A stretch of DNA of 64,000 nucleotides from Tepidisphaeraceae bacterium (GCA_965247815.1 CBDFHW010000025.1:89058-153057); one strand, 5' to 3'; shown: positions 1 through 9,627, numbered from the stretch's first letter. Notes: generated by a model not told the origin, from the sequence alone. Numbers and translations are program-made.

Positions 1-2
1 TC

Positions 3-362
3 ATGTCCGAGTCACTTCAGCCTTTCGCGCTTTCGACATTCAAAGACATCGCGGTTGTTGAATTTACGAACAACAAGATTCTCGACGAGTCGGTTCTGGA
101 AGACATCCGCAACGCTCTAAGCCGGCTGGTCGAGGCGGCAATCGCCCCCAAGCTGCTGCTCGATTTCAGCAACGTCGACCACATGAGCTCGGCCGCGTTG
201 GGAATGCTGATCAACGTGAATAAATCAATCCGCGACAAGAACGGACAACTTCGGCTGGCGAACATCAAGCCGCAGATTTTCGAAGTCTTTGTCACGACTA
301 AACTGAATAAGGTGTTCAAGGTGCTTGGGGACCGAAACGCGGCGATCGAAAGCTTTATTTAG
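3..362 (+). CDS. STAS-domain anti-sigma factor antagonist (SpoIIAA/RsbV-like)
   Basis: 119 aa, ATG at 3. STAS/SpoIIAA fold signature (conserved Ser region ...DHMSSAALGMLINV...). Followed 89 nt later by an RsbW-like kinase. Confidence 0.8.
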   Translation: MSESLQPFALSTFKDIAVVEFTNNKILDESVLEDIRNALSRLVEAAIAPKLLLDFSNVDHMSSAALGMLINVNKSIRDKNGQLRLANIKPQIFEVFVTTKLNKVFKVLGDRNAAIESFI

Positions 363-450
363 TCGTGAAGCGTTCCATCGACGTGAATGGCATGGCGCGG
401 ACGAACTGACGGTGACAGTCGTGCATGGGTGGTTATAAGATTCGTGAACC

Positions 451-942
451 GTGAGAGTTTCGGAACAGGGACCGTGTGGTAAGTTCGAATCGGCCCAAGG
501 CGAATGGGAAGGCACTGCGGTGGATAAGCCCGTCAAGCTGACGATTACCTCCGAAACCGCGCACGTCCCGGACATTCAGGACCGCATCCTCGCCGAGGTG
601 GCGCGACACGGCTTTACCCAGCAGAGCTATTTCGCGATCAAGCTGGCGCTCGAGGAAGGTCTGGTCAACGCGATCAAGCACGGTAACAAGATGGACAAGA
701 GCAAGTCCGTCCGGGTCGAGTACAAAGTCACGCCGAAGCAGTTTGAAATCACGATAGAAGATCAGGGTCCCGGGTTTCACCGGAACGGCGTGCCGGACCC
801 GACGCTGGAAGAGAACATTGAAAAATGCAGCGGCCGCGGGATTCTTCTGATGGAAGCGTACATGAATAGCGTCCGCTGGAGCCGGGGCGGTCGCCGCGTC
901 CGAATGATCAAGAAAAACGAACCCGACCCGATGCCGCAGTAA
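451..942 (+). CDS. Anti-sigma regulatory factor Ser/Thr kinase (RsbW/SpoIIAB-like, GHKL ATPase)
   Basis: HATPase_c-like motifs (EEGLVNAIKHGN, DQGPGF). Pairs with the upstream STAS gene. The true start may be the in-frame GTG at 520. Confidence 0.7.
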   Translation: MRVSEQGPCGKFESAQGEWEGTAVDKPVKLTITSETAHVPDIQDRILAEVARHGFTQQSYFAIKLALEEGLVNAIKHGNKMDKSKSVRVEYKVTPKQFEITIEDQGPGFHRNGVPDPTLEENIEKCSGRGILLMEAYMNSVRWSRGGRRVRMIKKNEPDPMPQ

Positions 943-1014
943 GGGATGCCGGGCCGGACCCGGAAGCTTGTCCGCGTTATACGTTCTCCCGCCGTGCAAA
1001 CCTGAATCGCTTCA

Positions 1015-2148
1015 ATGTTTCTTCCGATCAGCACCGACACCTCGCTCCGCCGAACGCCTTACGCGAACTGGGCGCTGATCATTTTGAACGTGCTCGCGTA
1101 CGTGGCCCAGCACGCCTTTCACGCGGTCGACACGCACCTGATCCTGAACCCCGAATCCCCGCACTGGTATTCGTTTTTCTCGTACCAGTTCGCGCACGCC
1201 GACGCGCTGCACATCGGCGGAAACATGCTGTTTCTGTACATCTTCGGGAACACCGTCAACGACAAGATGGGGCAGCTCGGCTATCTCGCATTCTACCTGG
1301 CCGGGGGCGTGTTCGCCGGGACCTGCTACGTTTTCACGGAACAAAACGGGCTTCCCATGGAGGGCGCGAGCGGGGCGATCGCGGCCGTCACCGGCGCGTA
1401 TCTGATCCTGTCCCCGCGGTCGAACATCACCGTTTTCTACATGTTCTTCTACATCGGGAAGTTCGAGATCCAGAGCATGTGGGTGATCCTGTTCTACTTC
1501 GTTCAGGACCTGGTCCTCAACGGCGGGCAGGACGGCGTGGCGCATATCGCGCACATCGGCGGGACGCTGTTCGGAATCTCGATCTGCCTGACATTCCTTG
1601 CGACGCATCTTCTTCCGCGCGATCAGTGGGACGTTTTAGCGCTCATGACCCGGTGGAATAAGCGTCGGCAGTACCGCGACTTGGTTTCCAAGGGGTTTAA
1701 CCCGTTCGATTACACCAAGGCCTCGGGCTCGAGCCACCGGCGCGCGAACGACGCCGTCGCCGAGCAGGTGCAGGACATGCGGGAGCGGATCAACGCGGCG
1801 GTCGGTATGCAGCAGATAAACGTCGCGGCCGATCTTTACGTCCAGCTGAAAATGCTGGACGCCGACCAGGTGTTGTCACGGACGTCGCAGCTGGACATCG
1901 CCACGCAACTGCACCACGACGGCCGCCACGCCGACGCCGCCGAGGCGTACGAATCGCTGCTCCGGGCATACCCCAAGCTCGAGCGAATCGAGCAGATTGA
2001 ACTGGCGCTGGGGTTGATTTATGCCCGCGACCTTCACCAGTACGCGCGGGCGCGGCAACTGCTGTCGCGCGTGGTCGACCGCGTCCACGAAGGCCGGGTT
2101 CTTGAGATGGCTCGCGAAGAACTGAGCCTAATGCCCGCCGCCAATTGA
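1015..2148 (+). CDS. Rhomboid-family intramembrane serine protease with C-terminal TPR-like extension
   Basis: Catalytic GASGAI (GxSG) and HIAHIGG His motifs, multiple TM helices. C-terminal roughly 130 aa are helical and TPR-like. ATG at 1015. Confidence 0.8.
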   Translation: MFLPISTDTSLRRTPYANWALIILNVLAYVAQHAFHAVDTHLILNPESPHWYSFFSYQFAHADALHIGGNMLFLYIFGNTVNDKMGQLGYLAFYLAGGVFAGTCYVFTEQNGLPMEGASGAIAAVTGAYLILSPRSNITVFYMFFYIGKFEIQSMWVILFYFVQDLVLNGGQDGVAHIAHIGGTLFGISICLTFLATHLLPRDQWDVLALMTRWNKRRQYRDLVSKGFNPFDYTKASGSSHRRANDAVAEQVQDMRERINAAVGMQQINVAADLYVQLKMLDADQVLSRTSQLDIATQLHHDGRHADAAEAYESLLRAYPKLERIEQIELALGLIYARDLHQYARARQLLSRVVDRVHEGRVLEMAREELSLMPAAN

Positions 2149-2931
2149 TTTGAGCAATCCGCCCACCTGGTCCGGCAGCTTGACGCTGTTCAGCTGCTTC
2201 TTTGCCGTTTCGGTGAGTTTATCTTTCACACCGTCCAGGTTCCCGCTGAGCAACGCCTGCACGTCGACCGGAATGCCCGCCGACTTCGATGCCTGCGACG
2301 CGAGCTGACTTAGTATCGTTGTCGCGACGTCTTTCAACTCGACTCCCTTCTGCTGCCCGTCGGCGTTGCCGAGATCCTTGATGCTCGTCGTCGGGATCGT
2401 GACGTCGAACCGTTTCTTGATGCCGGCGATGTCGGCCTGAAGCAGCACGTGTGCGTTGCTGATCGTTATGGTGTCGATGATCAAGCGGATCGGTTTGCTG
2501 GTGGTCGGCGTCGACGGGGTGGTCGTTTTTTCGGGATTCTTGGGCAGGCCGTCGATCAGTGCCTTGAAGTTGAACTTCTGGCCCTTCTGCTCGACGACCA
2601 TCTGCGTGCCGTCGAGTTCGATTGTCGAGATGTGAATCGGCTCGTTCCGCAGCTTCATCAGACCGCCGGTGTCGACCTTCAGCCCGGCGACCGACAACAT
2701 CTGGGGCGCGGAAAATCCCGGCGGGGATGCGATCGCCAGATTTTTTAGACCGAGCGTCCCGCCGAACAGCCCGAGGTCGACGCTGCCCAGCGTCGTCGCG
2801 ACTTTCAGCTGTTCCGTGGCCTGCGTCTGCACCTGCGACTTCACGATCCCGTTCAGGCTGAAGTACAAGGCGACCAGCGCCCCGATCACGAGAACCACAA
2901 TGCCTGCGACAATTCGGATGGCGATTTTCAT
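2128..2931 (-). CDS. Membrane-anchored hypothetical protein (AsmA/DUF748-like architecture)
   Basis: Internal ATG at 2931 gives an N-terminal TM anchor (MKIAIRIVAGIVVLVIGALVALYF), then a Thr/Pro linker and a soluble domain. The long-ORF start at 3048 is unlikely. Confidence 0.5.
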   Translation of the reverse strand: MKIAIRIVAGIVVLVIGALVALYFSLNGIVKSQVQTQATEQLKVATTLGSVDLGLFGGTLGLKNLAIASPPGFSAPQMLSVAGLKVDTGGLMKLRNEPIHISTIELDGTQMVVEQKGQKFNFKALIDGLPKNPEKTTTPSTPTTSKPIRLIIDTITISNAHVLLQADIAGIKKRFDVTIPTTSIKDLGNADGQQKGVELKDVATTILSQLASQASKSAGIPVDVQALLSGNLDGVKDKLTETAKKQLNSVKLPDQVGGLLKSIGGGH

Positions 2932-3155
2932 GCGAGCGACTCCTGGTAGTAAATCATCTATCGACCGACGCGGGTCATCGATCGGGCCGATTCGACCGTT
3001 TTCACCGGTGACTGTTAAAGTTCGACCGGTCGAATCCCGATTTGACACTAGGCAGGGGCCATGCCACTATGCCACACCCGCCCGTTGCGGGGAAAAATGT
3101 AGCCGGAAAAAGCGGATTCCGGCTTGAGTTCAAACATCTCCGGAGACAGCACATC

Positions 3156-3473
3156 ATGCTCTTGACCAAGCACGAGAACGAAACTTTCCTGAACCAAACC
3201 GTCTATATCAGCGGTCAGGCGTTTGTGCGCTGCAATTTTATTGCATGCACCCTGATCCTGCGTGAGACCGTTTACCACCTCGAAGGATGCACCTTCGAGC
3301 GTTGCAACTGGCACGTCGACTGGGTCCTCATGTGGGGCAGCCCCGAGTCCATCCGCGAGATTAAAGCGCTGGTGAGCCTGATCGAAACCGCTCAGCTTTC
3401 GCAGCTCCCGGCCGACCAGCTGACCCCCGCAGGCGCGACCCCGGTCACCCCCGGCGGTCAGACCGCCCGGTAA
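3156..3473 (+). CDS. Small hypothetical protein
   Basis: ATG at 3156 preceded by GGAGACAGC (SD-like). 105 aa, no recognisable domain. Confidence 0.35.
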   Translation: MLLTKHENETFLNQTVYISGQAFVRCNFIACTLILRETVYHLEGCTFERCNWHVDWVLMWGSPESIREIKALVSLIETAQLSQLPADQLTPAGATPVTPGGQTAR

Positions 3474-3635
3474 GCGACCAGCCCCCATTCATCAACTAAT
3501 TGGACCGAAGACCACAAGCCCGCGTGGTCTTCGGTCTTTTGCGTTGGCCCGCCGGCCGCCTTCGCTGCCGGTCCTTGATCATCCGAAATCAACCGAGCCT
3601 CGATCTTCGCGCGTCGACCCTTTATTCTCCACTCG

Positions 3636-4655
3636 ATGCCGAACTTCCAGCCGATGCTCGATGCCCTGTCCCGGGCCAAGCGTGTATTAGTGACGACGCA
3701 CGTGCGCCCCGACGGGGACGCACTGGGCAGCACCGCCGCGATGGTGATGGGGTTGCGGTCCAAGGGGATCGACGCGCAGGTGCTGTTGCTCAGCCACTTG
3801 CCCGGCAAGTACGCATTCATTTTTCACGACCTCGGCATCGACCACATTGATGTAGAAACCGGCTGGCCGGCCACGTTCGAGATCGCCTCGTTCGACACGC
3901 TGCTGGTAGTCGACACCGGCACCTGGTCGCAACTCCCCGGGATGAAAGAACGCCTCTCGGGATTCAGCGGGCAGAAACTCGTCGTCGATCATCATCTGAC
4001 GCAGGAGGACTGGGCCGACCTGAAGCTCGTCGTCACCGACGCGGCCGCGGCAGGGGAGATCGTCGAAGGACTATTAAACCAATGGCAGGTCGGCCTGACC
4101 AAACCAATCGCCACCGCGCTGTTCGTTGCCGTCGTCTCCGACACCGGCTGGTTTCAATACTCGAACACCACCCCGCACACGTTCCGCATGGCCGCCCGGT
4201 TGATGGAGGCCGGCGTCGACACCGACCGCGTCTACCAGCTGCTGTACCAGAACGAACGCGCCGAACGGCTCGCGATCCAGTCACGCGTGCAGCAATCCCT
4301 TGAAATGCTCTGCGACAATCGGCTCGCGGTGATGCGCGTTCGTAAAACCGATTACACCGCGACCGGCAGCACCTCCGGCGATACAGAAGGGTTGATCAAT
4401 CTTCCTCTGCAGGTACGAACCATTCAGGTGTCGCTGATGTTCACCGAACCGAACGATGCCGGCCCCATCCGCGTGAGCTTGCGCAGCAAGGGGCAGGTCG
4501 ACGTCGCGCGGTTCGCTCAGCAGTTCGGCGGGGGTGGGCACGCCCGCGCGGCGGGGCTGAAACTGACCGGCACCCTCGACCAGGTCCGCGACACCGTCGT
4601 CGCACGGATGACCGAAGCGCTGAACGAGAACGCCGCGACCGCTGTGTCGAAGTAG
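3636..4655 (+). CDS. nrnA: DHH/DHHA1 phosphoesterase, NrnA-like bifunctional oligoribonuclease/pAp phosphatase
   Basis: DHH motif context (TTHVRPDGDALGS ... VVDHH) and C-terminal DHHA1 GGGH motif (FGGGGHARAAG). Confidence 0.85.
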   Translation: MPNFQPMLDALSRAKRVLVTTHVRPDGDALGSTAAMVMGLRSKGIDAQVLLLSHLPGKYAFIFHDLGIDHIDVETGWPATFEIASFDTLLVVDTGTWSQLPGMKERLSGFSGQKLVVDHHLTQEDWADLKLVVTDAAAAGEIVEGLLNQWQVGLTKPIATALFVAVVSDTGWFQYSNTTPHTFRMAARLMEAGVDTDRVYQLLYQNERAERLAIQSRVQQSLEMLCDNRLAVMRVRKTDYTATGSTSGDTEGLINLPLQVRTIQVSLMFTEPNDAGPIRVSLRSKGQVDVARFAQQFGGGGHARAAGLKLTGTLDQVRDTVVARMTEALNENAATAVSK

Positions 4656-4689
4656 CCCTGAACCGACTTGTCGACCGCCGGCATCTGCG

Positions 4690-5217
4690 TCAGATGCCCA
4701 GATCCACGGTCGTAAACAGGCTTTCAAACACGTACCCGGCGGCTTCGATGTTCTGCCGCGCGCCTTCGAGCCGGTCGATCGTGCCGACGATCTTTTTTAC
4801 CTTCAACCCCGCGGCCTCGATCGTCTTTGCCGCTTCCACCACCTGCCCGCCGGTGGTCATGATGTCTTCAATAATGACCACGGTCTCGCCAGGATTGAAG
4901 ATGCCTTCGATCTGCTTGTTCGACCCGTAGTCCTTCTTCTGGTTCCGGATAAAGATCGCCGGCTTGCCCGACGCCATCGCCGTCGCCGCCGCCAGCGGCA
5001 CCGCGCCGAGCTCCGGCCCGGCAATTCGGTCCACGTCCGCGGTGATGTGTGCCGCGAACATCCTCCCGAGCTCCAGCAAGATGTCCGGCTGGGTCTCGAA
5101 CCGGTACTTGTCCAGATAGTAATTACTCTTCCGCCCGCTGCGGAGCGTGAACTCCCCACGCAGCAACGCAACCTCGCCAATCCGTTTCGCTAGTTGTTCC
5201 CGCGTCATCGTTCCCAT
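4690..5217 (-). CDS. pyrE: Orotate phosphoribosyltransferase
   Basis: PRPP-binding motif VVIIEDIMTTGGQ. Full-length similarity to PyrE (175 aa). Confidence 0.9.
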   Translation of the reverse strand: MGTMTREQLAKRIGEVALLRGEFTLRSGRKSNYYLDKYRFETQPDILLELGRMFAAHITADVDRIAGPELGAVPLAAATAMASGKPAIFIRNQKKDYGSNKQIEGIFNPGETVVIIEDIMTTGGQVVEAAKTIEAAGLKVKKIVGTIDRLEGARQNIEAAGYVFESLFTTVDLGI

Positions 5218-5699
5218 GCCCCGTAAATATCACGGCATCGGCATCAGGGTCAAACCATCTCAGGGCCGCTCGACTTGTTGGCACCGCTGGTCGTTGTTTT
5301 GAGTCCGATGAAGTTACCGGAAAATCAGCAATACCGGCCTTCTCGCTAGGTGAAATACCGGTACATTGCAGGATCAAACCCGCCATAATCTAACATAACC
5401 TAACATATTTTTGATCTTTTTATCATTACATTGCTTAAAACTGGCAAGTGGCGTTCGTTCGAGACGGCGGTCGATGTCACGCGCAATTCGCCGCCTGAAT
5501 TACAGAAGCCGTCCCGCCGCCAAAACCCAGCGAGTCTCGGTTGACGAACCAACGGGTGCCGAGATCGTACGCCAGCTCCGCGAACCCGAATCGCGGCAGC
5601 ACCGCCGCCGCCGTGCCGGTCAGGCTGGCTACGTTTCTGTAGCCGCGCGGACGATAATTTGCGCGCGACCCAGATCACTATCCCTTACGCCCAAATAGC

Positions 5700-5879
5700 T
5701 CAAGGGGCGTGCAAACCTCTCTCACCCGTATGCCCCAGCTCCGAGGGATGCAACCATTTCCCGTGCGCCGTCGCACTCAACCGTAGGAACTGCTTGACCC
5801 ACAGTGAATAACATTCCATGGTCGATTCCGCCATGCCCCGCTGCTTCGCCACGACGCTGAGTTTTCCAAGCAATCGCAT
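5700..5879 (-). pseudogene. Remnant of tyrosine recombinase (integron-integrase / phage-integrase N-terminal SAM-like domain), 60 aa then stop
   Basis: Minus-strand ATG at 5879 encodes MRLLGKLSVVAKQRGMAESTMECYSLWVKQFLRLSATAHGKWLHPSELGHTGE... This resembles the IntI/Xer N-terminus (EQAYVHWVRAFIRFHG.RHP..LG..EVE). No catalytic domain follows. Confidence 0.4.
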
Positions 5880-6014
5880 GAACCAAACAAATACCAAACT
5901 TTGCTGCGGTGCGTCAACAATATAATATTTCGTTGACAGGCGTCTCAGCAGAGGGCAATCTGGCATTTGCCGATGCGACGCTATGTTGCACCGTCGGTTA
6001 ATTAATCGATAGTT

Positions 6015-6347
6015 ATGTGCCTCCGCCAACTGCCGATCGAAGCATTTGGACCGTTGTGTGACGCCACCTTGCAATCGGTCGCGTGGGTCGACAGCGGTGC
6101 CGACGTGCCGCCGCCGCTTATGGTCACGTTGAAGCTCTGCGGCGGCAACGTCCTTGCATACACCTTCACGTGGGTATCGCACCTTCGCATTTCTCTCGCC
6201 CAGAAGGAACGCGGGTTTTGTCAGCCGTTCAGTTGGGAGTGCAGCGCCCGCCGGCTGGAGGACGGACGCGTTGACGTCCTGTTCGACTTCGCCGGTAACG
6301 GGGCGATCACATTCCAGTGCCAGGACATCTGCGTACCCGGCACATAA
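6015..6347 (+). CDS. Orphan Cys-rich small protein (110 aa)
   Basis: ATG at 6015 in a lower-GC islet. No homology recognised. Could be island cargo. Confidence 0.25.
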   Translation: MCLRQLPIEAFGPLCDATLQSVAWVDSGADVPPPLMVTLKLCGGNVLAYTFTWVSHLRISLAQKERGFCQPFSWECSARRLEDGRVDVLFDFAGNGAITFQCQDICVPGT

Positions 6348-6454
6348 CCCGCCATGCTGTGGACGGCCCCGCGTCGCGTCGAACGTTTGTCCTTGGTATA
6401 GTGTCCCTTGGCGCGTCGCGTTGGCCGCCACAGATTGTCATCCGTTATCCCGCC

Positions 6455-6865
6455 ATGGCAGCGGCTTTGTATAAATTTCGTCTGGGCGACTACCAATCGA
6501 TCACCCTCACATGCGACTCGTACGTCGGCGGCCTCCGGTGCCGAGCGCGTGGGCGGCTCGGGCGGGTCAGTTGGGCGACGGAGACTCAAGTGGCCGCCTC
6601 CGAAATCGAAGCTTTCGCAACGGCTGTCGAGGCGGTGGTTGCCACACTCGTGGGTACCGCGGTGCTCGACCTTCACGGAGACAACCGGATTTGGATCAGC
6701 GTTTCTGTTAATACGTACGGGAGCGTTCGAACGGACTACGAAGTCTCCGGCAACTCCGGCGGGCTGAGCCGAACGGGTTGGCACGCCGGCGGCGCATACG
6801 ACTGCTGGCATCTCCACTACTTGAAACAGTTCCCGTTCCGCAGTTCGGCGGCGGGATTCGAATAA
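6455..6865 (+). CDS. Orphan hypothetical protein (136 aa)
   Basis: ATG at 6455 (MAAALYKF...) in the islet. No recognisable domain. Confidence 0.25.
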   Translation: MAAALYKFRLGDYQSITLTCDSYVGGLRCRARGRLGRVSWATETQVAASEIEAFATAVEAVVATLVGTAVLDLHGDNRIWISVSVNTYGSVRTDYEVSGNSGGLSRTGWHAGGAYDCWHLHYLKQFPFRSSAAGFE

Positions 6866-6953
6866 GGGGGCATCACTCGAACTGGTCGTTAGATTCTAAG
6901 GCTTTGTTCCTGCGGGCTCGCTTTTCGATTTGGAATTCGGGCGTTTTGATCCT

Positions 6954-7079
6954 GTCGGCTGGCGTTTCAACTTCAAATACCGGCATTTCAAACCTCTCGG
7001 CTGGCATTTCAACTTCGAATACTGGCATTCCGATCGGGTCGGCTGGCATTTTGACTTTAAATGCTGGCGTTTCTCCACC
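6954..7079. repeat. 42-bp tandem repeat x3 (each with an internal 21-bp half-repeat)
   Basis: Units at 6954-6995, 6996-7037 and 7038-7079 (gtcggctggcRtttcaacttcRaatacYggcatt...). Spanned by three overlapping ORFs in different frames. Confidence 0.85.
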
Positions 7080-7425
7080 GCTTTCTTCGTTCATTCGGGG
7101 AACTACTCTTTTAAAGCGGGTTGTATCTGACCCATAAAGAATAAGAAGGGGCCATTCCTAATTTTATTATCTGTCTAGGCCTCGTACGACTGACGTACTC
7201 TTAGCGAAGATCAACGAACGCCGGTTCATAGGAATGCCCGGCTTAAGGACTGCGTTGAACGAGTGCTGTTGACCGCCGCCCAATGCTGCCGAATGACTCA
7301 CTATGATTGATGATCATCGTCTCCGATTCATTCGGATTATCGAAAAGAACCCGGGACGAGTCGACTGCTCTGCTGACGACGGACCTGACTCTGAGATTGA
7401 TGATTAATACGCGGCGCTATTTTTA

Positions 7426-8556
7426 ATGGTAACAGTCAGTCAGCGAATCTCGCTTCGCGGCAGATTGTCATGGCACGCTTGCTTGTCCGGTTCTTACGCT
7501 GCGATTATTCTATTACTCGTGGCCAAACCCTTGAAAATCGGATCGGTGCAGTTGCGGAACAACCTGCTTCTTGCGCCCATTGCCGGGTATTGCGATCTGG
7601 CGTTTCGGCTGGTCGCGCGGGCGTGCGGCGACGTCGGGCTGGCCTGCACGGAACTGCTCTGCCCGCACGGGGTGCTCCGCGAGAATCGCAAGTCGATGGA
7701 ACTGGCCATGACCTGCGAGGCGGACGCTCCGCTGTGCATGCAGCTGTACGGCGGGAATGTCGAACTGCTTTGCGAGGCGGCGCGGTGGGCCGAGGACCGC
7801 GGGGCTCATGTCATCGACATCAACATGGGTTGCCCGGTCGATAAGGTGACCAAGCTGGACGGCGGCAGCAAGCTGCTCTGCAACCCCGATCATACGTTGA
7901 AAATGGTCGAGCGGATCGCGGGGGTGCTGCGCAATGTTCCGCTGACGGCCAAGCTGCGATTGGGCTGGGACGACACGTGTCTGGTGGCCCCGTATCTCGC
8001 GGCCCGGCTCGAAGAGACTGGCGTCAAGCTGGTCACTATTCACGGTCGAACCACCGCGATGAAATTCACTGGTCAGGCCCGGCTCGACGGCATCGCCGAA
8101 GTCGCCGCTGCGGTGAAGAACATCCCGGTCATCGGAAACGGCGACATCCGCACGCCGCAGGACGCGAAACACATGATCGGCACGACCGGCGTTGCCGGCG
8201 TGATGATCGGCCGGGGAGCGTTGTCCACGCCGTGGATCTTCCGCGACACCTGGAGCTACCTCACGACAGGAACCATCCCGCCGCCGCCGACGGTCGAAGA
8301 GATCTGCGACCTGATGCGAATGCATTTTATGGGGATGGTGCAATATCGCTGCGAACGGGCGGCCGTGTGCGAGTTCCGCAAGCGGATCAGCTGGTATGCC
8401 AAAAATCTGAACCCCTGTTCGCACCTGAAGGCCGAGATGCGGACGATCGAATGCGTCGCTGATTTCGAGGCCGCGATCGGCCGGTTCCTCGAGTTCCGTC
8501 GAACCCGGGCCGGAACACCGGTCGAAGAATCCGTCGCCGAGTTGGTCCTCGCCTAG
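7426..8556 (+). CDS. tRNA-dihydrouridine synthase (Dus family, DusB-like)
   Basis: Dus signature (LLLAPIAGYCDLAFR ... DINMGCPV ... KLRLGWDD). The true start is possibly the GTG at 7519, because the region upstream of it is AT-rich. Confidence 0.85.
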   Translation: MVTVSQRISLRGRLSWHACLSGSYAAIILLLVAKPLKIGSVQLRNNLLLAPIAGYCDLAFRLVARACGDVGLACTELLCPHGVLRENRKSMELAMTCEADAPLCMQLYGGNVELLCEAARWAEDRGAHVIDINMGCPVDKVTKLDGGSKLLCNPDHTLKMVERIAGVLRNVPLTAKLRLGWDDTCLVAPYLAARLEETGVKLVTIHGRTTAMKFTGQARLDGIAEVAAAVKNIPVIGNGDIRTPQDAKHMIGTTGVAGVMIGRGALSTPWIFRDTWSYLTTGTIPPPPTVEEICDLMRMHFMGMVQYRCERAAVCEFRKRISWYAKNLNPCSHLKAEMRTIECVADFEAAIGRFLEFRRTRAGTPVEESVAELVLA

Positions 8557-8676
8557 CCGCGCTCGAATGCTGCCGAGTGTTCCGACGGCCTTCGAACTTC
8601 GCCCGACCGTGTGAAGCCCGGCCGTGTGAACGCTTGTACGCCGGCCGCGCCCGGTTTAAAGTCTCTGCCGCCAACC

Positions 8677-9627
8677 ATGAATGTGCCTTCGTTTTTAACG
8701 GCCGTCCCGACCACGCTTCGAGAACTGGGCGCGCTCCCGCTTCCGGACTGGGTCCATCGGGTGTCCGGGCTCGCTTCGCCGGTCGGGATTCGCTGGGGCG
8801 ACGGCATCGGGGTCGGAGCGTGCAACTCGCGCGATTTTGCCCGAGTTTCTGTGAAGATTGCGAACGCCATCGACCTTGGCGGCGATGCGTTACAAAAATC
8901 GGTTCGGCTGGCGTATCGAAAACTTTTTGAACAGCTCGCGGCGACCACCGGTTTCTATCCGGTGCGATTCTGGAACTTTATTCCGGGCATCAACGACTCG
9001 CTCGAACGGCAGCAGACCCGTTACATGATTTTCAACGCGGGGCGGTTCCTGGCATTTAAGGGGCACTACGGGGAGGTTGACCTTTTCGACCGAAATGTTG
9101 CCACGGCATCGGGCGTCGGGCACCGCGGGAACGACCTGTGGATTCACTGTCTCGCGTCGCAGGTTCCGGGCGTCCATCTCGGTAATCCCCGGCAGTTGTC
9201 GCCTCATAATTATTCCGCGCGGTTCGGGCGGATGCCGCCTTGTTTCGCGAGGGCGACCCGGCTCCGCGATCAGATATTTATCGCCGGTACCGCGAGCATC
9301 CGCGGCGAGGAATCGCTGCACGACGAGCTGGGAAATCAGCTGGCGGAAACGCTGACGAATCTCGCCTGTGTCACCGAGGCCGCGTCGGTCGTCGGTCCCG
9401 CGGCGTGCCGATCGCAGGCCAACTGGCTGGCGAAACTGACTGACGTCCGGGTCTACCACCCGCGCCCGGCGGACGCGCCGATCATCAGCCAACGTCTGCG
9501 TGAACGACTCGGTGGACGGCCGCGCCTGGAATTTATCCATGCGGATTTGTGTCGGTCAGAACTACTGGTCGAGATCGAGGCGCTGGCGGACCTGTCCGAG
9601 CGAACCAAGCAAGGAGTTTTGCAGTGA
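8677..9627 (+). CDS. Chorismatase-like protein (FkbO/Hyg5/XanB2 family) with C-terminal RidA/YjgF-like domain
   Basis: C-terminal RidA-like motifs (FIAGTASIRGEE...ETLTNL...LLVEIEALA) plus an N-terminal extension of about 150 aa, as in hydroxybenzoate-forming chorismatases. The stop overlaps the next gene (GTGA). The alternative GTG start at 8611 is also possible. Confidence 0.5.
   Translation: MNVPSFLTAVPTTLRELGALPLPDWVHRVSGLASPVGIRWGDGIGVGACNSRDFARVSVKIANAIDLGGDALQKSVRLAYRKLFEQLAATTGFYPVRFWNFIPGINDSLERQQTRYMIFNAGRFLAFKGHYGEVDLFDRNVATASGVGHRGNDLWIHCLASQVPGVHLGNPRQLSPHNYSARFGRMPPCFARATRLRDQIFIAGTASIRGEESLHDELGNQLAETLTNLACVTEAASVVGPAACRSQANWLAKLTDVRVYHPRPADAPIISQRLRERLGGRPRLEFIHADLCRSELLVEIEALADLSERTKQGVLQ

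Noticed and set aside
5341-5420. T-loop-like GGGTTTGATCC (minus strand) and taacata direct repeats near the integrase remnant, a possible tRNA or att site
   Set aside because: No complementary T-stem or acceptor stem, and no cloverleaf can be drawn. It is probably just AT-rich intergenic sequence.
5913-5937. GTCAAC-N14-GTTGAC palindrome considered as an integron attI/attC site
   Set aside because: It does not match the GTTRRRY core, and I could not find paired attC-like imperfect inverted repeats downstream. It is kept only as part of the islet finding.
6778-7137. Three mutually overlapping ORFs across the 42-bp tandem repeat (6778..7137 +, 6930..7130 +, 6873..7094 -)
   Set aside because: I cannot decide which frame, if any, is translated. 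All are kept open by the repeat itself, so none is called as a CDS.
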